Shown here: in pieces, positions 52,908-62,150 of the stretch
Numbering within the stretch: position 1 is the stretch's first letter
How the letters are laid out: the number at the start of each line of letters is the position of its first letter
Source of the DNA: Piromyces finnis finn
Lineage: Eukaryota; Fungi; Neocallimastigomycota
Direction of reading: 5' to 3'
DNA: 64,000 bases
Assembly (NCBI GenBank): GCA_002104945.1
Contig: MCFH01000015.1
Span: 806,001 to 870,000 of the forward strand
Notes under the pieces: generated by a model
The model's database searches: none
The model's input: only the letters and a program-made list of their open reading frames with translations
What the model was told of the DNA's origin: nothing
Made by a program: the position numbers and the translations under genes

Positions 52908-55900
52908 ATGGGAAAATCTCCACTTACACCTATTAAAGTGGATACAAAAGAATTTTTTAACCGCCTACAAACTACCAAGAGAGAACGTTCCCCAGGAAAT
53001 ACTCCCGTAAGAAAATCAAAGATGCCTAATCATTCCGGACAAATTAATGCTTCTACGAGTAATCCTACTCAGAAGCCAACTACTAATGAGGATCTCAAGG
53101 CCCTCATTGAGTCTTTAACTGCTACCTTAACTGGGAATATCAATCAGTTAAAGGTTGATATTCAAGCTACCAGAAGGGAAAACGAAAGTCTCAATGATCG
53201 TTTGACTGTTTTGGAAAACTCTACTCAAGTTATTATGGGTAAGATGGCTACTTTAGAAGTCAACGATGCTAGGAAAGACAATCAACTCGCTGATATCAAA
53301 GCTCATATCAGCAAAGCTACTCAAAGAGTTGATGAGTTGTCTACTCCCGTTACTCCTTCTACTACTACCCCTCACGAACCTGACGGTGACGTCATCATGG
53401 GAGATGCTTCGCCTCCAAACGTCGCTGAAAAAATGCTTTCTTACTCAGGAGAAAGTATTCAACTACGCAGATTCATCCGTCGATGCGAACACCACTTCTT
53501 AAGACACATCAAGTTCTATGGAAACAATGAAGCTATGAAAGTAAACTTCATTGAAGATTGTCTTACTGGTGATGCTGCAGATTGGTACGTTGTTGAACAA
53601 GCAGACTTCCAGGAATCTCATCCGAATAGAAAAGTTCTTTACGAAGCTTTGAGTAAGAGATTCCTTAACCCGAAGGATATCAACATCACCAAAATCGACC
53701 TGATGAAGCTCAGACATAGTTGGGGAAAAGCTTCCGAATACTTAGGAAAATTCTCCCAATATGTCAAATTAATTGGATGTTCCGAAGACATTCAATTAAC
53801 CATCATGCTTTTCCAAGTTAGACCTACCGTGAACCACGCCTTTAGTAAGTTAACTTCTGATAGACAAACGTTAGAAGAACTGAAGAATCTTCTAATCAAA
53901 TATGATGCTTCCAAGGATACTTATTACGATGATACTTTGGAAAGACAAGCTAACTACAAGGACAAAGAGCCCTTAATAGCTAATTTATTAGGTATTCATG
54001 GCAGTCTTTATTCCAAAAACCCTAACAAGAATAACAATCGTAATAACAACCAAAGGAACAACAATAACAGCAATCGCCCGTCTAACCAAAAAGGAAAAGG
54101 CTCCAGTAACTTGGATAGCAAGTCTAGTACTAAAAATCCCAATAAAAGTACTAAACCTAATAATGGTACTTCATACTCCAGCTATCTCTGTGAAGTAGAA
54201 GAGCAAGATATCTTAGAGCTACCAAATCCTGATCCGGAGAAGTATCCCATCGTGAAGACTAGTGTAAAAACTTCTAAAGGATCTAGACAGGTTATCACTT
54301 CGTCTCTCTTAGATTCTGGCTCTACTACCAATGTAATCCATATGGATTTAGTGAAGAAACTAGGAATTAAGACCATACCAGCTGATACTGTTGTAAAGGT
54401 CATGGGAGGTAATGTCCTAATGCATTACATCACAGAAGAGTTCAACATTGTAATGAACTTATCTTCTTTAGGAAGAACTCGAGAAGAAGTTCGTCAATAC
54501 AAACTTCGATGCCACGTAGCTGATCAGCTTCCTTCTTCGATTCTCCTAGGTTCTAAGTTCATGAAAACCAACTTCTTCTGTATCTTTACACAACCTGACC
54601 ATTCCTTTACAGTTAAAATTGGTCCTGTTCCTTTCTCCAACCATAATGGATCTGAGATTAAATCTCCTAACTTTAGGAATGATTTGAAGAAATCTACACC
54701 TCTTCATGAATTACGCGAAGTCCTCCAAAAGAGACAGTTCGTCTTAGACGAACAATGGGACAAAGAACATTTGAACGATCGAGGAAGAATCGTGATCAAG
54801 AAACAATCAAGCAAGAAACCCAATAATAACCATGTCCACAACACAGAAACGATAACCCTATCCAACGAAGAAAAACTGAAAATCGAACAAAGGCTTCTTA
54901 AACAAAAACAAAACAATCAAAGTTTTATAATCTCAACTGACCATAAAGAAGGACTCGACGAATACATTATCAAGGAAATACAAAACCTCCCTCAAGAATT
55001 ACAAGAATTCAAGCAAGTTTTCGGACCACCACCAAAGGGCAAGATATTTAATAGGAAAAACGAAAATTTAAATTCATACTTACCTTATGATAAGGAAAAA
55101 GTTAAGAGGCTACCCATGATGCCTCACATCAAATTAGACAAAAACCAAGAAGACGCTCTTGAACAAGAATTTCATGAACTTGAACAGAACGGAAAAATCG
55201 AGAGAACTCGATCCAGTTCGGCTTGCAACGTCTTTAATGCACCTAAGAAAGATGGTACATTCAGAACTGTGTTTAATTACGTTATGGTTAATAATTGCCT
55301 ACACCATAACAACTACCCAATACCTAAAATAATCGAACTTGTACACAGAGCTGCCCAGTATAAGTTCCATATTTTACTAGATTTAAGAAATGCCTATAAC
55401 CAAATCTATCTCGAGCCCAAATATCGTTTCCTTACAAGCTTTAGATTTAAAAACCAAACCTATCAATGGAAAGTTCTTCCCTTTGGACTCTCCACTGCCC
55501 CATCCATTTTCCAATCCATTCTCAACCTCTTATTAAAAATATACTTGAATAAAGGTATTGATATCTACCTAGATGATATACATATTTATGCCCAAGATAA
55601 GCAAGAATGCCTCAGACTTTGTGCTTACACTTTAAAGAAGTTCAAAGAAAATAATTTCTTTTGTAAACTTGAAAAATGCTTATTTTTCCCAGAAGAATTC
55701 GAATATTTAGGGTACAAAATTGGATATGAAAAAATACGTCCTATTTCTAATAAAACTTTAGACATTAAAGAATGCAAAACACAAAAGGAATATCAGCAAC
55801 TATATGGCTTTCTTAATTATTTCAAAGACTACGTAAATAACTTTACCGAAAGAACAAAATATATCTCTATGGGACTATCAAATAAAACCACTACTTGGAC

Positions 55901-57923
55901 TAAAGAAATGAATGACGAACTAAATTATTTTAAGAAATTAATTCCTAACCTTCCAAATTTAGCACCGTTTAAACCTAACCACGATATCTTTATCCTAACC
56001 GACGCATCGGAAATCGGAATTGGCGCCGCAATTTTTCAAGCGGGGGCCCCCAATGTACATATTCAAAATTACATTTTAAGTAACGTATACAAGAATAATA
56101 TTAATCGTGAAATCATCGAAAACTTATTTGGTCATAAAAATTGGACATTAAACGGACATTCTGAAGTAAATGGACGTGAAAATAAGAAAATCGATAAAGC
56201 CAAGAATCGTGAAGATATCAATCCACCAATTAAATTGAATGAAGCAATGAATACATTTGAAATAAAAAACAATAGTTTATCCGAATTAAAAAAGTATTTA
56301 AAACCCATAGGCTTTTTCTCCAGAAAATTGAATTCTACAGAAAGAAAATATTCAACATTCGACAGAGAATTATTAGCTCTCTCGGACACCTTACAACACT
56401 ACCGGTTACTTCTCCAACAAGGACAAAAAATATACTGTGCGACGGACCATAAGAATTTGGTAATCTACATAAATTCCGGATCCAAAGTCGAAACTAATCG
56501 TAAGTTAAGATTATTTGAAAATATTTGCAATTACAATATAATACCTTATTATATCGAAGGAAAAGACAACAAGATTGCAGATCTACTCTCAAGATTTATT
56601 AAAATGGAAAACGAAACCGAAAATACTAGCAACAGAAGAAACCCACAGCAGGTCAACAATATTGAAGAAACAAATTCTTTGGATTTCTTAGTAAATGCCA
56701 TTGAACTCAAGGACTTAGAATCTACCAACAAAGAAGAAGATAACGAGGAACCAGACTTAAAAGTCTTTAAGACTACCATAAGTTCGCTAATGGAAAATAA
56801 TAAACAAAAGGAACTAAAAAATTATCTTATCAATTGGTACAAGAACCAGGATATGTTATTCAAATCATTGAAGGAACAAATAGTAAACCTACTAGAAGAA
56901 AACACTTTCTTCGAAAAACAATATAAAAAACAAGTTAATCTCAGATGTCAAGACCTAAAAGATGTATTGGATAAAAGAGAACATTTTAGTTCAGAAATAA
57001 AAAAGGTGAAAGATGAATTACAACTTCTACAAACTGGCAACACCCAAGGAGAAACTAAAAGAAAATTTGATAGACTTAATCAAAAAATAAACGATTTAAG
57101 GTATGACCTCAATCCAAAGGCTGAAAGAATAGAACTCACTAAGAAAGTAAACCATTCGGAAAAACAGATAACTGCCCAATGGAAAGAGATAGAAAACCTC
57201 AAGAAAATAATAGAAAAAATGGATAAAAGGATAACTGCCCTAATCATTGACAACGAAGAAGACTCAAATCTGGATAAATCAACTTCCATTCCAACAGAAA
57301 CAGTCTTCATAGTCGATGATCAGAATCCTGAACTAGTAGAATCTATCAACGGTATACCTTTGGAATATGAAGATTTATATGAAGCCTTCAATGAAGAACG
57401 AGCCGATGAACTTCCTGAACATCGTGTATATGATTGTTCTATTGATTTGAAACCTAATGCTTCATTATTTTATGGGCCAATTTATCCAACTACTCCTACT
57501 GAACGTCAATTTATTAAGGAGTATATTGAAGAAAACTTGAATAAAGGATTCATTAGAAAATCCCGATCTCCTGCTGGACATCCAGTTCTACTCCAAGATA
57601 AGAAGGATGGTAGTCTCAGATTTTGCGTTGACTATCGCAAGCTCAACGACCAAACTATCAAGAATGCCTATCCGCTACCTTTAATCCTATCAGTCTTTGA
57701 ATCAATGAAAGGTGCTAACTATTTCACTAAGTTAGACCTCAAGTCAGCTTATAATTTAATTAGGATTAAAGAAGGTGACGAATACAAGACTGCATTTAGG
57801 ACGGCATTTGGTCACTTTGAGTACTTAGTCATGCCTTTTGGACTAACTAATGCTCCTGCAGTTTTCCAAGCTTTCATTAATGATATCTTTAGTGATCAAA
57901 TTAATAAGTACGTTCAAGTGTAA
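52908..57923 (+). CDS. gag-pol: Polyprotein part 1: Gag, protease, RT1, RNase H1, coiled-coil domain, N-terminal half of RT2
   Basis: Gag (YSGESIQLRRFIRRCEHHF), LLDSGS, RT1 (LLDLRNAYNQI, LPFGLSTAP, YLDD at 55566), RH1 (TDAS, RELLA, TDH, ADLLSR), then a second RT ([37 protein letters not shown]). Confidence 0.92.
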   Translation: MGKSPLTPIKVDTKEFFNRLQTTKRERSPGNTPVRKSKMPNHSGQINASTSNPTQKPTTNEDLKALIESLTATLTGNINQLKVDIQATRRENESLNDRLTVLENSTQVIMGKMATLEVNDARKDNQLADIKAHISKATQRVDELSTPVTPSTTTPHEPDGDVIMGDASPPNVAEKMLSYSGESIQLRRFIRRCEHHFLRHIKFYGNNEAMKVNFIEDCLTGDAADWYVVEQADFQESHPNRKVLYEALSKRFLNPKDINITKIDLMKLRHSWGKASEYLGKFSQYVKLIGCSEDIQLTIMLFQVRPTVNHAFSKLTSDRQTLEELKNLLIKYDASKDTYYDDTLERQANYKDKEPLIANLLGIHGSLYSKNPNKNNNRNNNQRNNNNSNRPSNQKGKGSSNLDSKSSTKNPNKSTKPNNGTSYSSYLCEVEEQDILELPNPDPEKYPIVKTSVKTSKGSRQVITSSLLDSGSTTNVIHMDLVKKLGIKTIPADTVVKVMGGNVLMHYITEEFNIVMNLSSLGRTREEVRQYKLRCHVADQLPSSILLGSKFMKTNFFCIFTQPDHSFTVKIGPVPFSNHNGSEIKSPNFRNDLKKSTPLHELREVLQKRQFVLDEQWDKEHLNDRGRIVIKKQSSKKPNNNHVHNTETITLSNEEKLKIEQRLLKQKQNNQSFIISTDHKEGLDEYIIKEIQNLPQELQEFKQVFGPPPKGKIFNRKNENLNSYLPYDKEKVKRLPMMPHIKLDKNQEDALEQEFHELEQNGKIERTRSSSACNVFNAPKKDGTFRTVFNYVMVNNCLHHNNYPIPKIIELVHRAAQYKFHILLDLRNAYNQIYLEPKYRFLTSFRFKNQTYQWKVLPFGLSTAPSIFQSILNLLLKIYLNKGIDIYLDDIHIYAQDKQECLRLCAYTLKKFKENNFFCKLEKCLFFPEEFEYLGYKIGYEKIRPISNKTLDIKECKTQKEYQQLYGFLNYFKDYVNNFTERTKYISMGLSNKTTTWTKEMNDELNYFKKLIPNLPNLAPFKPNHDIFILTDASEIGIGAAIFQAGAPNVHIQNYILSNVYKNNINREIIENLFGHKNWTLNGHSEVNGRENKKIDKAKNREDINPPIKLNEAMNTFEIKNNSLSELKKYLKPIGFFSRKLNSTERKYSTFDRELLALSDTLQHYRLLLQQGQKIYCATDHKNLVIYINSGSKVETNRKLRLFENICNYNIIPYYIEGKDNKIADLLSRFIKMENETENTSNRRNPQQVNNIEETNSLDFLVNAIELKDLESTNKEEDNEEPDLKVFKTTISSLMENNKQKELKNYLINWYKNQDMLFKSLKEQIVNLLEENTFFEKQYKKQVNLRCQDLKDVLDKREHFSSEIKKVKDELQLLQTGNTQGETKRKFDRLNQKINDLRYDLNPKAERIELTKKVNHSEKQITAQWKEIENLKKIIEKMDKRITALIIDNEEDSNLDKSTSIPTETVFIVDDQNPELVESINGIPLEYEDLYEAFNEERADELPEHRVYDCSIDLKPNASLFYGPIYPTTPTERQFIKEYIEENLNKGFIRKSRSPAGHPVLLQDKKDGSLRFCVDYRKLNDQTIKNAYPLPLILSVFESMKGANYFTKLDLKSAYNLIRIKEGDEYKTAFRTAFGHFEYLVMPFGLTNAPAVFQAFINDIFSDQINKYVQV

Positions 57924-60317
57924 TTGGATGATATCATTATCTACTCCAAGACCCTTGAAGAACATGTTCAACATGTTAGAAATGTTCTTCAATTAATCAT
58001 TGAAAACAACTTAGTTGCGAAACTCAAAAAATGTGAGTTTCACAAAGCTGAAATCGAATTTTTGGGTCACGTAATCAGTAAGGAGGGAATCAAAACTGAT
58101 CCTCACAAAATTGAAGCAGTTAAGAACTGGCCTATCCCCACTACTGTGAAAGAAGTTCAGTCTTTCTTAGGGTTATGCAATTACTACCGTCGCTTTATCT
58201 CTAACTTTTCTAAAATTGCAAAACCATTATACAACTTAACTAAGAAAGGCGTCACTTTCATATGGACAGACGAGTGTAATAGAGCATTTAATCAACTTAA
58301 AGAATTTCTTACTTCAGCTCCAGTTTTACTTTGTCCTGATCACGATAAACCATTCATAGTTGAATGTGACGCAAGTGACTTTGCTATCGGGGGAGTACTT
58401 TCACAAAAAGGTGATGATGGAGACCTGCATCCAGTTTATTACTTTTCTAAAACCCTTCATGATGCAGAACTTAATTACTCTATCACCGAAAAGGAACTCT
58501 TAGCAATTCGTCAAGCTTTTATCGAATGGCGTCACTTACTTCAAGGTGCAAAATATCCTATTACCGTTTATTCAGACCATCGAAACTTGCTTTTTGCTAC
58601 CAAACCGCAACTTCTATCCCAAAGACAAGCTCGTTGGCAAGAATACTTTGCTACTTTTGATTTCAAGATTATCTATCGACCAGAAAAGAAAAATGGTAAA
58701 GCTGATGCTCTCTCTCGTAGATCCGACCATATGCTCACAGTTGGTAAGGATATAAGTGAATCATCCTTACTTAAACCAACTCAATTAGAAGGATTCAACG
58801 AAGATGAATGCTACTTCTCTATGGAAACTAGCTTCATTGACGACATTAAGCAGTGCTACCTTCAAGATGAAACCGCTTGTCAGATTCTTAAGGATCTTGA
58901 AGTTCCAAATAGTGATCATCCTTGGATTCTTCAAGATGGCCTTTTAATAAGAACCAAACATCCGGAGCAAGTATATGTTCCAAGTCAACTAAGACTCTTA
59001 GTTATTAAGCTCAACCATGATGCACCCACTGCCGGTCACTTGGGAGTCGATAAGACTTATGACATTCTTAAACGTAATTTCTATTGGGTTAATATGCGTC
59101 AAGATGTCGAGTCTTATATTCGAAGCTGTAGTGTATGCAAGGCAATGAAAACCGATCACCATGCTCCTTATGGTAATATGATCCGTGTCCCTCTTCCGGA
59201 ACTTCCATGGCAACATCTACAAATGGACTTTATCACGGACTTACCATCAAGACCTTGTAACTCTACCTTACCATTCGACTCTACCAATCCGAACCACTAT
59301 CAAGGTACCATAATGGTTACTACTTGCTACTTAACTAAGATGATACACTTAGTTGGGTTCAAACATTTATCCACTGCTAAGGAAACTGCTACTGCTTTTC
59401 TTAACCATATTTTCAAACTGCACGGATTCCCCTTATCTATTGTTACAGACCGTGGTACTCAGTTCGAAAGTCGTCTTTGGTTCCACTTGATGGAATTCTT
59501 TAATATCGATCACCACTCTGCTACTACTGGCCATCACCGCACTGTTGGACAAGTAGAACGTAACAACGACTACGTCGAAACTTATCTTCGTTGCTACTTA
59601 GCTCAATTTGATGATCTCAGTTGGATGGATCATTTGTACTTAGCTGAATTTTGCTACAACAATTCCATCCATGCTTCCACCAAGCAACCACCATTTCTCT
59701 CCGTCTATAATTATCAAGTTCACGCAAACCCACAAATTGCAGACCTTGTTTCTTCTTTAGGACTTCATCCCCTCATCGATAGCTTCTCCCATAACTTAGC
59801 TGACCTTAAGCATACTCTCGAAGTCAGTCGTACCCGTTATCTCGATGAAAAGGATAAGCACCTTTATCACAACTTTAAGCGCTTCAAGGTCCACGATCTT
59901 GTTTGGCTTCGCAAACCCGCTAATTATCATCCTCCATTAGCGTTCAAGCTCCAAACCCGCAAGTATGGTCCATACAAGGTCACTGGTGTCGATGAATCTA
60001 AGCTCAACTACCGCCTTGATTTATCTACCTCACCTTTCCCTCGTGTCTACCCCGTATTCCACATCAGTGAACTCGAACCATATCATCCCACTCCTCACCA
60101 TCTATTGCTCAACCATCCCAACTCCAATGAAATCACCAAGATCCTTAGTTCTCGTAAATCGGGTCATTTTTACGAGTACTTAGTCACTTTTACTGACTTA
60201 TCTCAACGTTGGATCAATGCTGACACCATTGATAAGGATGACTACTACAGCACCCTTTTAGCTGATTACCAACGTCGCGCTTACCAACAATTCACCAATT
60301 CCGTCCCAGATTCTTAA
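57924..60317 (+). CDS. pol: Polyprotein part 2 (same frame, after TAA): rest of RT2, RNase H2, integrase, chromodomain
   Basis: LDD, CDASD/KELLA/SDH/ADALSR, HDAPTAGH..CSVC, MDF/TDRG/QVERNN, GPYKV, EITKILSSR..YEYLVTF..RW. Confidence 0.9.
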   Translation: MDDIIIYSKTLEEHVQHVRNVLQLIIENNLVAKLKKCEFHKAEIEFLGHVISKEGIKTDPHKIEAVKNWPIPTTVKEVQSFLGLCNYYRRFISNFSKIAKPLYNLTKKGVTFIWTDECNRAFNQLKEFLTSAPVLLCPDHDKPFIVECDASDFAIGGVLSQKGDDGDLHPVYYFSKTLHDAELNYSITEKELLAIRQAFIEWRHLLQGAKYPITVYSDHRNLLFATKPQLLSQRQARWQEYFATFDFKIIYRPEKKNGKADALSRRSDHMLTVGKDISESSLLKPTQLEGFNEDECYFSMETSFIDDIKQCYLQDETACQILKDLEVPNSDHPWILQDGLLIRTKHPEQVYVPSQLRLLVIKLNHDAPTAGHLGVDKTYDILKRNFYWVNMRQDVESYIRSCSVCKAMKTDHHAPYGNMIRVPLPELPWQHLQMDFITDLPSRPCNSTLPFDSTNPNHYQGTIMVTTCYLTKMIHLVGFKHLSTAKETATAFLNHIFKLHGFPLSIVTDRGTQFESRLWFHLMEFFNIDHHSATTGHHRTVGQVERNNDYVETYLRCYLAQFDDLSWMDHLYLAEFCYNNSIHASTKQPPFLSVYNYQVHANPQIADLVSSLGLHPLIDSFSHNLADLKHTLEVSRTRYLDEKDKHLYHNFKRFKVHDLVWLRKPANYHPPLAFKLQTRKYGPYKVTGVDESKLNYRLDLSTSPFPRVYPVFHISELEPYHPTPHHLLLNHPNSNEITKILSSRKSGHFYEYLVTFTDLSQRWINADTIDKDDYYSTLLADYQRRAYQQFTNSVPDS

Positions 60318-60742
60318 TCTGGACCCCACTTATTAGTATCCCACCTACTAGTGTCTACCACCCTTACTCCTTCACTACCCACCTATCGCCACTACCCCAC
60401 CTACTACCCACAACTCCGCTACCCACTAGTCGCCACCACTACAACTACCAACCACTATTCCGCTACCCAACCACCCTCTTTCGCCTTTGCCCTCAACCCT
60501 CAAATTCCGCAACCTTTTCCGCATCCCAAAATCCGTATCCCCTCGAGTCATATCATTTCCCTAACCTTCACGTGTAGTCTCCATTTCTGAAGAATCCACG
60601 TGATACCCTCACAACTTTTCTTTGAACACTTTTACACCTCACTTTTTCAACACTTAGAAAAATTTTGAGAATTTTCAAAAAATGGAAATTCTCAATTTTT
60701 GAAAAAAAATCTAAGGTAGCACGTAACGTATTACGAAGAGCA

Positions 60743-61867
60743 ATGAGAAATAGAATGGTGCATAATAAAGCAAGACAATTGGCTCAAAATTTAGGACGTA
60801 GAGCAAGAGATAGGATTGTACGAAGAAATCGTAGGATTGGCAATAGACAATTCGAATCAGTTAAAGGAAATGCTGCTGGTACAACCCATACTACAACACG
60901 TATGATAGTACGTAGAACACCACGCGAACAACGATTTTTACGCAAATTGTTTAAAACAAACCCTACTAAAAACAAATATATAAACAGATTTGGTTTTTCT
61001 TGGATGGGTGCTGGTGCAGCCTCAAAAACTATTTGGTATAGTGTTTGTCATTTAAAGTTCAATAATTTATGTAATTATTTACAAGGTCGTAAAATCTTAC
61101 CGACACAGAGTATAGAAGGAGTTTCTGCTACAGTAACCAATGATAAAGCCGTGGGAAATTCCCCATCAGCTGGTATTTACGTTGGTAAATGTACATTCCA
61201 TTACGAATTGTATAACCCAACTAATTATTTAATGACCGTATACATTTACGATTTAATTTGTAAATGTGATACACCACATCAAATAGCATATTCTGATGCT
61301 AATAATGATGGTAATAGTGCCCCTGAAGCTTGTATGCAAAAGGGTTCAAAATCCATGACCGATGGAGGTTCTGCCCCAACATGGCAAGTTGCAGACCCTA
61401 CACTCGAAATGGGTACATATTGGAATACTGTTGGTATGAAACCAACGGACTATCATTTATTTAATACGATTTGGAAAGTCAAAGGAATGAAAAAAATCAT
61501 TTTACCACCTGGATCATCACACCATCACGTGGTTATATACAACCCAAAAAAGAAGATAACCAATGCTAGTTTATTATACCCTAGAGAAACTAGACATACT
61601 AATAATAAAATGGGTATTGGTGGTATTACACAAGCAACTTTATTTGGTTTTGAAGGTCAAGTTGCAACTGAAGACAATCAACGTAGTGATGGTACAATTG
61701 TAGGTACATTACCTGGTAAATTATTAGTTAAATGTATTAAAAAGGTAAATATATGGGATCTTCCATGTAACTATCAATCAGTAACATCTGAAGATGATTT
61801 AGTAGCAACATGGACTAAACCAACTATATTCTCTGATTTAGTAGAAGTCAATGCAAGCTCTACATAA
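60743..61867 (+). CDS. cap: CRESS virus capsid protein (Arg-rich arm plus probable single jelly-roll), 374 aa from first in-frame ATG
   Basis: Very Arg-rich N-terminus followed by beta-strand-type segments (FHYELYNPTNYLMTVYIYDLIC, IWKVKGMKKIILPPGSSHHHVVIY). Near-identical to the copy next to a Rep and origin at 401-1220, and converges on a Rep remnant. Confidence 0.85.
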   Translation: MRNRMVHNKARQLAQNLGRRARDRIVRRNRRIGNRQFESVKGNAAGTTHTTTRMIVRRTPREQRFLRKLFKTNPTKNKYINRFGFSWMGAGAASKTIWYSVCHLKFNNLCNYLQGRKILPTQSIEGVSATVTNDKAVGNSPSAGIYVGKCTFHYELYNPTNYLMTVYIYDLICKCDTPHQIAYSDANNDGNSAPEACMQKGSKSMTDGGSAPTWQVADPTLEMGTYWNTVGMKPTDYHLFNTIWKVKGMKKIILPPGSSHHHVVIYNPKKKITNASLLYPRETRHTNNKMGIGGITQATLFGFEGQVATEDNQRSDGTIVGTLPGKLLVKCIKKVNIWDLPCNYQSVTSEDDLVATWTKPTIFSDLVEVNASST

Positions 61868-62137
61868 GAACACGTGACATACAACTAAGTTAACGTGTTT
61901 GATCCCTGTGAGCCGCAGGCTCTAGACCCTGGCCGTTGACTATCACATGTTTATATCTCATGGTGATCATGTGATGAGTCACACCCTCCCACTTATCCAT
62001 AGCCAAGTGGTTCTGAGAGGATTGTTTCCTACTCTGGACGGACGGCTCTGGGGGAGTAGGAGGAACAGATTTTTTTATTATTTTTATTTAACACAAAATG
62101 TATACAACACAAATATAATGTAATGTAATGTAAATAT
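61868..62137. other. GC-rich, hairpin-rich viral short intergenic region
   Basis: Stems AACACGT/ACGTGTT, GAGCC-GCA-GGCTC, ATCACATG/CATGTGAT, CCACTT/AAGTGG and TCCTACTC/GAGTAGGA. Confidence 0.6.
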
Positions 62138-62150
62138 AATAAACTTTATT
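62138..62150. terminator. Back-to-back polyadenylation signals AATAAA-C-TTTATT
   Basis: AATAAA on plus (62138-43) for cap. AATAAA on minus (62150-45) overlaps the rep stop. Confidence 0.6.

Larger units (their letters stand above)
52234..60715 (+). mobile_element. Chromovirus-like LTR retroelement with two tandem RT-RNase H modules; no 3' LTR seen in window
   Basis: LTR-PBS-gag-PR-RT1-RH1-coiled coil-RT2-RH2-IN-chromodomain, all in one frame and broken only by TAA at 57921. Confidence 0.9.

Noticed and set aside
1089-57923. TAA read as Tyr (alternative genetic code), prompted by TAA at expected Tyr codons (1089-91, ~18082, 57921)
   Set aside because: Other premature TAAs replace other residues (e.g. 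Ser at ~9780). The intact 1600-aa ORF has no internal TAA and ends in TAA. TAT/TAC to TAA is a single change.
60351-60590. 79-aa Pro/Thr-rich ORF
   Set aside because: Non-ATG start and a by-product of C-rich low-complexity sequence.
60665-60742. TTG start of the 400-aa ORF
   Set aside because: The first 17 codons are non-viral sequence. Comparison with 1014-1097 shows the real N-terminus was lost, so the first usable ATG is at 60743.
61940-62070. Hammerhead ribozyme in the intergenic region
   Set aside because: GTGATGA and CTGAGAG do not fit CUGANGA, and no correctly placed GAAA is on the same strand.
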